From Cycas panzhihuaensis (Eukaryota; Plantae; Cycadophyta): a DNA stretch of 64,000 bases. Location: assembly GCA_023213395.1 (NCBI GenBank), contig CM041465.1:59651741-59715740 (forward strand). Direction: 5' to 3'. The first letter of the stretch is position 1. Each line of letters opens with the position of its first letter. The position numbers and the translations under genes were made by a program. Shown in pieces: positions 26,301 through 37,584 of the stretch. The notes below the pieces were generated by a model. That model was not told where the DNA came from. It saw nothing but the letters and a program-made list of their open reading frames with translations, and did not search any database.

Positions 26301-28576
26301 TATATATTGTGAATGCTCCCTCAAAATTTTAAGTAATTTAATTCAATCATTTTTCCATAATGATGAAAGATAGCTTTAATACCAATTGTGACAACCTTAG
26401 AATCAGCTACCACATAAGAAATGATCACATAGAACAAGAACAATCATAAATTGAGAACAAAATAGAAATACATGACCACCACAGGGCCAAATCTTAAAGG
26501 AAATATTATTATTCAAATATCTAATTATTACATATTATCCTCTATGCTATTTAAATATGAAAATATAAAGGGGACATGACTCTTAATATTTGACACGTGA
26601 TAAACAATGTCTCTTCATAAATATGACTCTTGATAACTAATATCTCTTTATTGGTAACTATGTTGGTTAATAAGATTGCAAGTTCACAACATGTTTCAAA
26701 AGTTACCCTTGAATTATCTAATAATGAAGACATGAATTTATTTACAAAGCAAGATAACGTGGCAAAGACTATTGAGTAAAACAATGTATTATTAGAGAAA
26801 ACTCAATCTTTAATTAGAGAGATTAAAAGAATAAATGAATTATTAGATGTTTGAAATAAAGAACTAAGCAATTTATGTATCTCTAATAGACCTTTTAGTT
26901 CTTGTATCCCATTGATCTTTTGGTATTACTTATTTTTGGATTTCAATGTTACTCATGTTCCCTTACAATTTCTCCTTCTTCATATAATTAAGTATGCTAG
27001 AAAGATCGTCCTAATATTTCATATTAAAATACATTGTAATAGGGATTTGCATTAGTTAATCCATTTTAAGTGATCCAAAATAATATCCACATATGCCTAA
27101 AGTAAATGTCAATTCTTCTTTATACAATAATTTTAATATCTCAATACCTTTTTCTTTAAAGGCATTACTTTTCTTAATCCTACCAACACTATCTCTAGCA
27201 CTCTTACCAACTCTTTCTCCATCTACTAATTTAGTTCTCTTTATTCATTATTTGTATAGTCTCTCATATTAAAGCATTGTTTACTTCTCATTAATTGAAT
27301 TACTCTCATTTTGAAAATGTGTCTAGACATTTTTAAAACATCATATTATCCCATTCGTGGCAATACCCATAATCAATTCATCAATAAGGAAACCTTTATG
27401 GGCTATTTATTATTGATTGGATTTATTTTGCCTTAATTAATTTGAAAATATATTTGTAGATAAGTAAAATTCTTAAAAGAGATTAACTAATATTATTAAG
27501 ATATTTAAAAAAAATATTATTACATTTACCATATTTAAATCACAACCTATATAATATAATGGTTAATTATTATGTTCAAAATAAGCATTACCCTTTGAAA
27601 TGCATTTTTCATTTTCAATATTAAAAAAGTAAGTATATATGTTTAAATAAAACAATTCATTCCTTAAAGGTTTCCCCCTATTTATGTAGTCAACCCTTGT
27701 GCTTCCATACATTTGTCATTGATTGAATTACTTGCATAGATATAATGATATACTTCATATAATTGCTATTATTTTGTCATTGCCTAAAAGGTTTTAAAGT
27801 TAGAAAATGTTCTTTTCTTTACTTTTTTTAATTTAAAAAATCCATATTCGAGTCAAACGTTGGGGTGCGTTAGTAAATATCTACCTTATAGTGTTGAAAG
27901 CCTTAAGTTCAACCCCCATGGAGAGTTACAATAGAAAATTGAAGAAAAATGTGACAAACCCCAAGAAATAAAGATCCAATTCTATCTACTTGATACATAC
28001 AATTCTATATTCACAATTTAAGGTCAATCATTCATTAAAGGCATTTTATTGTCCATATTCACAATACAAAATTACAAATTAAATAATACAACTACAACTT
28101 AAATTTTATCTTCCTTTATTGTTCATAAACCCTTCAAAATTATTTCTTTCGAAAGTCTGGTGTACATAAATAAAATAACTTAATGTATACTTGTTGCTAC
28201 AGCCAAATATGGTTATCAACTTCATCACAACATTCTATCCCATCCTTCACCATCCCCTAATCTAATAAGAAATACATTTAGAGCCCCAACGTTGAAATGT
28301 GAATATAATGGTAGCAAAAAGGAGACTATGCAAGGAATTTCACTAAGAAACACTCCATATTCTACCCACTAAACCAAGCAAGTTGCAAGGTCTCTTAGGT
28401 ATTAATTAAGGTGGCATACCCCATTCTCAAGCTAACACAGTTGTGGCATCGATGGAGACTCATTCGTTGAAATCTGGATCATAATTTTGGGGGAGAAGGG
28501 AGAGGAACCCAAAAATGAGGAGAGGGGAACTACTTACAACATTTGCAACTTCAATAAACGACGGGTAGGAACCCCG

Positions 28577-29956
28577 TTACTTGGCAAGGGGTTGATGATG
28601 GGTTTGTGACTCCGGAGAAGTAGCAGGTGTTCCATGCAGCTGAGGGGGATCCTCCATGGCTGCCGACGATAACGTGGCTTCCAGAACCTCTTGGCGTACA
28701 TTTGCTTCTTCTTCCTGCAACCTCCGTGTCTGCAATGCCGTCACGTAGAACGCCACGCCAAGAGAAGTTGCAGACAACCCAAATACTCCTGCTGCCGCAA
28801 ACATCCCCTGACGGATCACCAAGCATTTATTTCTCGCCATACTCCAATGTCTCGTGTGGCCCGCTTCTACCCCAATCCCAATAAGCAAAAGCACGGCCGC
28901 CACTGCAACACATATCCTGATCTCACCACAATTCCCAACAGAAAAACATCAGCATACACATCACCAGAATCCTCATTACCCAACCAATTTGCCCAAAGGG
29001 GTCTGGTCCCTTGACTAACCAGGAGAATATGAAGAAGGAGGCAGCCTGCCATCTGAGGGATTTGGACGAGATTGCATTAGAAGTCCAAGCATCCAGAGGA
29101 TGGAATCGATCAGTTGCAGGAGGGTAGCAGAGGGCAATCCATATGTATGCCTGCTGTATGCCCACGGCCATTCCCAACGACACTAATCCACCCAATCCAC
29201 TCAATATTGGAGAAGTGCCTCTGCTGGTGTACATGCACTTCAATTCCGTCCCGCTCTTCCGGTTTGGATATTCCACCAGCATCCATATTGCCTGCCATTC
29301 CAACCAATTCAAACTTTCATCCCACTGCCCAGCTATCCTTCTCGAATTTCATACCACCAAAAGCACTCCAAGGTGAACAGAATCACGAGAACGTCTACGA
29401 AATTTCACAACAGAAGATGTGGATATTGGTACTCCCCTAAATTTCAAATTGAGTCTGAACGATATGCCAAAACGACTAATCTTTGAGGAAAACAAGCTTT
29501 TTAAGGCAAAAAGATACTTAGAAAGGAAACCAGTAAACAAATTATCGATTAACAAATATAAGTTCTAAAGAAAACCATCCCCGTAATGAATAATTATAAA
29601 GTCCCGTACAAACGACACCAAAAACATTACAATCATAAAACATTTATCGAAACTGCAGTGACTACAAGCGAGAACGCTCAATGTCCACGGCACATAATCG
29701 GCCTGCAGAGAATCATTGAACATTAGAATGATATCCGTGAGAATCAATCAATTGCAGGAACAGGCGGTGGGTTGTATGGGCAGAGGGATTAAATTAAGAA
29801 ATAGATCACCTCCGATCGAGTGGTCTCTGCTATGAGGCAAAATATGAAGGCCAGAAGACCCAGAAACGTACACAGCACCATCACGCCGTTTCCTAATTTG
29901 CTCCCCAAGGATCTGCCGCTGAGTCCAATAGCCAGATCTGCATGTGTCACAGCCAT
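28577..29956 (-). CDS. DUF1218-family transmembrane protein (At5g49320-like from memory), 252 aa; join(29956-29810, 29291-29020, 28916-28577)
   Basis: Exon 1 MAVTHADLAIGLSGRSLGSKLGNGVMVLCTFLGLLAFIFCLIAETTRSE; exon 2 AIWMLVE...CMYTSRGTSP...WQAASFFIFSW; exon 3 ICVAVAAVLLLIGIGVEAGH...CLVIRQGMFAAAGVFGL...LAK*. Canonical GT-AG introns of 518 and 103 bp. Exons total 759 bp with the frame conserved. Confidence 0.93.
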
Positions 29957-30420
29957 GATGCCTGACCTCGCCGATTCCGTCTATGCTACAACTCCCAAAT
30001 CCCAAATTCTTCGATCGATTCTCACAACCACCCAAAGGGAAATGGATCAACATCGATGTCTAACACCGAACGACCTGCCCAATCAGACCGCTTCTAGACG
30101 GGAATTCAATAATTCTGGATTGTTTTCTCCTCCTTCCCGTGAATAGAACCCCCGATCTGAGCCATCCAAATTAAATATATCTCGGAAGAAGAAAACGTAA
30201 ATTAGTTTCGCAAACAAGATCGTCGAAGTATGAAGTTCATACGAGGAGCTAAGGCTCTATGGTCAACCGGAGAACCCATGCGGGGCCGCGGGCTTGTCCG
30301 GTAGCCACCTGCCAAGCCGGTTATTTCGACTTTCCCGCTTCTGACATTCGTTAAACCAGGTGTCGAGAGGGCATTTCGAAAGTTAAACCGCACCGATCTC
30401 CTCTTTATATTAATTTAACT
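29957..30420 (-). promoter_or_regulatory. CpG-rich 5' UTR/proximal promoter of the DUF1218 gene
   Basis: Local GC/CpG island against a CpG-depleted background. TSS not determinable. Confidence 0.5.
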
Positions 30421-33400
30421 CACGGAACTCCCCTGGTTATCATTGAATAGGGTATCGTATAAGCGGGACAATGACATAGCACCATGGTATTTCAATATTA
30501 ATTACACATAAGAAGAGACAATAATATATATTGACTGACAAACTTGAGAGGTGGCATTTCATACACGCGTTCGTTGAAAGGATATTTATTCTATGAAAGT
30601 CGGTGTTTTGTCTCTATACTTGGAGGATGATTGTGTTTGGTGTAATTCCCCATGGACAAAATGAGGAGGGGCAAGTTGTCAATTTGTCTTGGTCTTCAAA
30701 GAGCCTAGCAAGAAATTGTTGCATGTGGACTCTACATACACCAAAAGGTCGGTTTGCACATGCTTGTTGTGGGTTATATATAATGTTGATTTCATAAAGA
30801 GAGTCAAAGCAATAATGTTGAGTATTATATCACCATGATAGGTGAGAATATTAAAAGTAGCATTGTTTTAAAGGCAAGCCGTGTGGACGTGTAATACTAG
30901 ACATCATAGCATTGCAACACAGGTTCTCCAGGATCATGCCACATACAACTATGAGGAACCTTAAATGTACATGGTCCACCATAAAGTGTTAATTTCAAAA
31001 GAGCTACCATGTTATAATGCATATAATTTTCCTTCTTTCTTTTTTTTATTATATTAATATAAAATGGAATGCATACAATATGAATACCCTATTCAATCAA
31101 GATTACATAACTTTATCAATAATTATCAAAACAACCAACCACTAACTAAACTCCTAACTAACTATCTTAATATGGTTTATATTTTCTTATTGTAATGAAA
31201 TTAATGAACTATATTTTTATTACTCCATAGGGCAATTTCTATGCCATATCAATTTAGGTATATTATGACTAGGGTTGTTATTAAAGCAAATTTTAATGCA
31301 CATAAGTTTTATGCCTTTATTCTAAGTATTATATATGATTCTACGAGCTTTTATGCCTTAGGGAAAGGGGGCCCATTTTGTACTTAATTTTAATTTATTT
31401 TAATATGCTTTAGACCCCTTATATTGTATAACTCCCTTTATCATTTGGTACTCAATCACTTCTTGCATTCATATGACCAAGAGGTTAGGGGACTAGGGGC
31501 CAATTGTTCGTTACCCAACAAACAACTAACCCACTAACTCTTTTCATAATTTTTCTCATGTATAAATTGATTGCAAATTAATGAAATGAGGTTGGATTTT
31601 TTCAAGCTCTTTTGGTAATTATTAAGGACTATTGGCATGTGTATGTATGGGCTATATACATCTTTTTGAATCATTATCTTCTTTTATTTATATAAATTTG
31701 TGTTATTATGTGAATTCTTCATAAGTGTAGTTGAATGTAAGCTCAAAATACATATGTAAATGTTAGAATCTTTAAGGAAGGTAAGGAAGCATTACATAAG
31801 CTTGAGGTTGAGATCAAGAGAGAGACGGCTAGTCCTCCATTAATAGGATCACTCACATGTGAGTTGTATTCTCTCTTATGCAAAAATACTAGTATTAACC
31901 TTTGTTGTACCCATTTCATATTTAGAATAGAGCCAATCTGCCACCTATAATTCTACAATAGGCCACCTATAAAAGAAAATACTTCCATTCAACCTCCTAC
32001 ACATGTCAAGCGTTGTTCTAGTTGGATTTAGTTATATGATTGGTATGATAGCATGTGGATTTAATGTACACCTTTGGCTAATCCTTACCCACCCAATCTT
32101 CTTCTTATAAATCACTAGTAATACCTTCACAAATGTGGAGTAAAGCTTAACTTGTGTTAAACCTTGTAGTAACCCATGAGTATTTTATTCCAATTATATA
32201 ATGTCTTCGTTTGTTCTAATGTTGCATTAGTCTCTCGTATTTGTTATTTTCAATCCCTATGAACCCCTATAGCTATTTAAACTATTAATACAGAATGGTA
32301 TGTGATGTGTGTTAATTTAATGTTAAATTTTAAGTCTCCTCTTTATCTTAACATCTTGTATACCATACCCACATATAATTTTATGATTTAGAATTGTAAT
32401 CCATTTCTTTTATGGGGTTTTATGTCATGATTGTACTAGACCTATGTATACTCTTTGGCAAGTTCATTCATTTATACACACTTTCATACAAGGGACATGT
32501 AAACTTTTTCTGTAAAAGTAGTTATAAAACATTATGCTATTAGATTTATATTTAGAATAAAGTGCTCACATGATATTACTTTACATGTGAATCAATCTTA
32601 TTTGATAGTCAACAATTCTATTGGTTATAAGATTATGAATAAATCTTATTTATAAGTGTAGTTATAATGAAAAATTAAGTAACAAGTTGGCATACAACAT
32701 GAGGGGGGCGAGGTTCCCTCTTATGTGAGTCATCAATAATCAACTCTTCTAAGTACTTATTAATACTAAGGAGTAGCATGGATCAGTGTGGGGCAATATA
32801 CCACATATTTCAGGATTTCACCTTTTAATACTCTTTTTAGACTATAAAAAATTTAAGGATGTGTTTTACCTTATAAAATATGTGAGAATGCACTTAACTA
32901 TACTATTAAGAGATATATTACCATTAATATAATAAAAGAGATCACATTTAATTAACCTAAGTGGCAATAGCCTAGACTAATAGTATTAATGAGTAATAAG
33001 TAACCACATGTAGCACGAGGAGTATGAGGTTCTCTCTCATATGATTCATCAATAATCAACCCTTCTAAGCATCTGTTAGCACTAGGGGATCAATGTGGAT
33101 TAGTGTGGAGTATCTCACAATAAGTTTTGAGCTTTTTACCCTCAAAGGCTCTTTATAGATTGAGAAAGCTTTAAGGGTGTATTTTACTTTATAAGCATAT
33201 GAGAGTCCACTTAACTAATGAATGTAGAACTAAAGTTAAGACAAACTAGTTTATAATAAACACAAGGCTTGAGAGTAATAACTTAAATATAAATCTTCTA
33301 AAACTAAATAATACCAATTATAGAAAATTAAGGAAATGAGCAAATAAAATTGAAGGAAAATAAATCGATAGAGAACATGGCAGAACATAAACACAATAAT

Positions 33401-33744
33401 CATAGATTAATACATCATTGTTACATAAACACAAGAGCTTTTGTATTCAATCCATTATGTATAGAGAGCATTATAAATGTCCAAAAGTAGGTGGTGTCTA
33501 AAAGACACCAGGGTTACACACCCCTCAAAATATATAGTTTGGGGGAGGAGGGAAACTCCTCAACCCCTAAAATTTAAATAATAATAAAATAATAACTTAA
33601 CTCAAATTAACTTAAATCAAATCAACCTTATACTTACCTTCACATGTGAGCACCCACATGTGTAAATTAATGAGAGTGAGGTGTGCACTCCTGGTTGGAA
33701 GGTGGGAGTGGGGTGATAAGCATTAACCCCAACATTCTTCCCCT

Positions 33745-34460
33745 TAATGGTCATCGTGAACAATGTCTTCTTTTTAAACTTGTGAAATTTGTACTTGAAA
33801 AAAACTTTGAAGATTTATATTTTATCTTGATCTTTATCAACTCTTCTCATCCTTTAAGTAATGTGTATGTCTTCGCCATTGAATAATGCCAAAAATCTGT
33901 AAGTAAATGAAACTTGATTCAAAAGTGGATGTATGGCTGCAACTTTGACTTTAACTTATAAAACTTTAAGAAAACTTTAAACTTGAACTTTGTCTTTTGA
34001 AAACTTTGTGTTATGAATAATTGTCATATCATCATATCTCTTCCCCTCAAATGAAGGATCAAGTTCTTGTACAACAAGATGATCATACATTTGACTTGAA
34101 TCTTTTTTTATCTTGTCATTGCAAACCACATATTCTGGCACTTGTCTCACATGCTCAACATCAATGTTAAATGCATTAAGGGTATCTCCCCCATAAGTAG
34201 AAATCAAGACATCCTATATGGATTTGGAAGTTGTTAATTCACAAACTTTGAAAAAGACATTATCATCTATAGTGCAAAATAATAAAGCTAGGACTTCATT
34301 GTATTTTTTAATGTTTTTCTTAATATTAAAATCATAGTCATCTTGTAAGTAACTCCAAAGATTATGTGTAATAAAATAATTTTACATAGTCTTATGCCAT
34401 AGTGAAAAATTATGGCTATCGAATATAGGAAATTATACTTTATGAAGATTGATTGCCAAT
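33745..34460 (-). pseudogene. Truncated copia gag of copy 2
   Basis: Includes ORF ISTYGGDTLNAFNIDVEHVRQVPE..., homologous to copy 1 13536-14250. Confidence 0.85.
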
Positions 34461-35902
34461 TTTCAGAAAACTTTAGTACATAAAAAGGAATATGCTTTTA
34501 CTAAGTCAAAAAAAACTCAATAAGCAATAAATATGACAAACTTATAAGATATAATTTCAAATAAAATTTGAAATATAATGAGTTTATAAGCAAGTTTTAA
34601 ATATAACGAAGATCCTCTTAACTAGGTTTGAATTGAAACTTTGATGATGAAAAATAAGAGAATTCTTAACCTTTTAATTTTGGGGTATCTCAAATACTCA
34701 AGTTTAACAACTTCAAAGCTGTATTAAACAATGTCAAAATAAGGTGAAATTACACTAGATTGAAGATTAATAAAATATGTATTCAATGGAACTGACCATT
34801 TTAAAAATGGTTCCTACAAGTCAATATTTTAATGAACCAAGATATAGATCTCCTTTTCAAGCTTAACATGAGCTTGAGACTCAAAATATTATAAAAATAC
34901 TAATAAAAATTTGTAGAATAATGTAAAATGGTCAAATATTGTTTAGAGAGCTACTCAATATACTTTTCAGTAAGAAAAATTTAAAAAATAATATATAAAA
35001 AGATATAAAAATGATAAATTAGAGGTTATTAAATACCTCAACTTTGATAGCTTTGAAAATTAAAAAAAAACACTTTAAAACTTATAAAAAATAGTGTCAA
35101 TTTGAAGAGGAGTGAGTCAGCTTCCCAACGAAACTAACGAAACTAAATTCTGATGTAAAAACTAAAGTTATAATAAAATTAGCAACAACTACTTTTATGG
35201 TAAAAAGTTTAAAAAGGGTTAAAGTGTCACTTTCACTGATTAAAATAAATACACAAAAAATAAAATGAATAGATGGTAATGAAGTTTATTGATAATAGAT
35301 GAATTCAGAATAAATCTGAGTAGAAAATAATCTCTTGGTGATAAAATATAATCTGACAAAAAAATGATTTTATAAAAATAGTTTAAAATGGCTTCAAAAA
35401 TGAATGATTGACTTTAAACTGACTGAAAACATGTCAAATTAGCTCAAAATAGGTCATATGACCAATTGAAATCATATCTCAAAAATTTTTAAATACAATG
35501 GGATAGGTTTTGTCAGAAACCAATGACCTAGTCAAAAGTTATGGCAAAAATTTGTCAAGTAACCTATGTGAAATTAAAAAAAATTAAAAAAAAGAAAAAA
35601 GAAAACTTTTATAAAAAAATTGAATTGGCCCCTTTTAATGATGATCTATGTTCACGTGAGTTAAAGTGATTGGGGGATAAAGTTTGAATGGGGTTTATAC
35701 CCCTTTTAACCCTGGATTTCAAGTATTATACAATATAAATTTTCTTTTTTAACTTTATAAAAAAATTAAAATATTTAAAAAAAATAAAAAGGGCACATTG
35801 TCGCGTCCCTGCCTGAGTCGTCGCGCCTATCATGCAGCCTGCACAGATTCCAGAGGCGAATCGATGGAAGGAGCCTTCTTCTCTGCTTTAGGAGACTTTT
35901 CA

Positions 35903-36221
35903 GTAGGCGATTTGAATTACGCCTTACAAACATACAGGAACATGCAAAGCTCAAGTATGACTACAGATGTTACAACTTATAGTATTTTATTGAAGGCATG
36001 CCGCTTTGCTATAAAGGTTTAAATTATTTTACAAAGAAATACTAAGTAGGGTAGCAACTTGGGAGTTGAAAATGGATGTCATCATTTACAGCACGGTAAT
36101 ACAGGTGTTTGTAGAGGCAAGAATGTGGGAAATGGCCATGGAAGTAAAACAAGATATGATAGCTACTAGTATTATGCCAAATGTAGTCATGTGGACATCA
36201 TTGATAGGTGCTTGTACAAAG
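35903..36221 (+). pseudogene. Captured PPR-protein fragment, At5g02830-like
   Basis: GDLNYALQTYRNMQSSSMTTDVTTYSILLKAC../YKEILSRVATWELKMDVIIYSTVIQVFVEARMWEMAMEVKQDMIATSIMPNVVMWTSLIGAC shows consecutive PPR motifs with a frameshift near 36025. The ortholog call is from memory. Confidence 0.8.
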
Positions 36222-36860
36222 GTAATTCATCAAGAGTAGCTTCAATCGACGATAATGTAGATGATGTAGATAGATTGTCAAGCTACATTCATTTCGAGAA
36301 TTCGATTTGGGTTCATACCGAAAATTTAAATCAGGGAAGGGATGAATAGAGGGGGTTGCCTGAGGATGGCGGTAAGATTACATATGGCGATAAAGATCCA
36401 TTTGAGCAAGTTTCCTTGAAAGATCCTCAAGAAAATAATGCAGCCTCAAAATCAGCTAATGAAGTTGACTGTGTAAGGACCCCAATGTAGGAAAAAGGGA
36501 GCCTAGGTTTTGAGGATTTAAATTTTGCCAACACTAGAGTAGCAAAGGAGTTCTCCCTAGATGGACAAAATATACAAGAAGATATGTTAGGAAGTCCTGT
36601 ATCCCAAAAGTCTTTGAATTACAGCCCACAATCCTTTTCACCTTTGTTTAACAACGTGCCTTGTAACGGTGGAAGTGGGTTCTCCTCCTCAATTTGCTCG
36701 CCTTTGAAAGATAAAAGTAAGCTAGTTTTACCCTCAGTTTCTCCGGAGCACATGCACCTTATTGATTCTGCTATACAGGAGGCTTCGCATTCCAGTAGTC
36801 TGCAAAGGTTGAGGAGGATTATCGGCGAGAAGGAGAGTTGTGGAAGAGGCAATGACGTTA
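36221..36860 (+). pseudogene. Captured N-terminal fragment of a BEACH-domain protein (BchC2-like)
   Basis: FEQVSLKD...SPLKDKSKLVLPSVSPEHMHLIDSAI...SLQRLRRII resembles plant BchC2 FEQVSL.D...SPQKPKPK..PNVSPELLHLVDSAIMGK.ESLDKLKN as I recall it. Two in-frame stops. Confidence 0.75.
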
Positions 36861-36874
36861 AGGGAAAAAGATAT

Positions 36875-36985
36875 AGTAATTCCAACAAATCTGTTTGATT
36901 TCTCTACAATATCAAGCCTGCTCAATGATCCAAGCATAAAGGAACTAGTAGAGCAAATAGCAAAGAATCCAACATTCAATAAGAT
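36875..36985 (+). pseudogene. Captured fragment of ankyrin-repeat protein AKR2 (N-terminal region)
   Basis: IPTNLFDFSTISSLLNDPSIKELVEQIAKNPTFNKM resembles AKR2A/B NPFDFSAM.GLLNDPSIKELAEQIAKDP.FNQM. Confidence 0.8.
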
Positions 36986-37545
36986 GTGTAGAGTGCAAGA
37001 TAAGAGGGTGTTCTTTAGTTATATACATAGTAATAGCAACTCTCTTTAAAGTTATTCACGGTAGCTTCAAAACGATAGTAGTAATTTGTTATAATAGAGT
37101 AATTATGTAAAAGGAAGAGCAGATATTATGCCAAGACGACAACTTAATCGTGTGTTAATTTCTGAGCTAGGTTCAGATTAACAATCTAAGCTTAAAAAAA
37201 AGGCTTTAATTATAAGCCAATAACTGCTCAATATAAGAAATGAAGGATTATAACAAAGGAATATTTCAAAAAATATATATTTATACAAAAAAAATATTGA
37301 GTTTTTTTTAGTTGAAAAAGAATATGTATATCACAAAAGAGATATTTCAAAAAAAAATTATATATTTAAATAAAAAAGCATGAAAAAAAATCTAGTGATT
37401 CAATGGAGACACAAATGAAACTAAATTTGTTTTTGAATATTAAATTATATTAAAGAAATAAGAAATGTATATGTATTTGTATCTGAAATCTTTACACAAC
37501 AGAGGCACAACGAAACTAAGAAATGTTTCTAAATATAATAGAAAG

Positions 37546-37584
<39 letters not shown>

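Larger units (their letters stand above)
8933..26691 (-). mobile_element. Decayed Ty3/gypsy chromovirus (short LTRs, Reina-like by inference) hosting three nested insertions
   Basis: 5' LTR 26691-26387 and degenerate PBS at ~26384-26373. gag/PR/RT at ~26300-23310 (VVLVRKKDGSFRICVD). RNase H YESCKLNL|ERVKSTYDREM|..ILYVLAKW is split by the LINE and the copia. Chromodomain YLIQWKGL|LLEDTT*E is split at 14652/9169. PPT 9083-9073; truncated 3' LTR 9072-8933 matches 26691-26550. Confidence 0.85.

Noticed and set aside
28551-30146. Multiple overlapping ORFs on both strands
   Set aside because: Shadow frames of the GC-richer DUF1218 exons; only the spliced minus-strand model has family motifs.
35798-37049. 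A functional PPR/BEACH/AKR2 gene
   Set aside because: Short fragments in different frames with stops and a frameshift, lying inside an LTR element.
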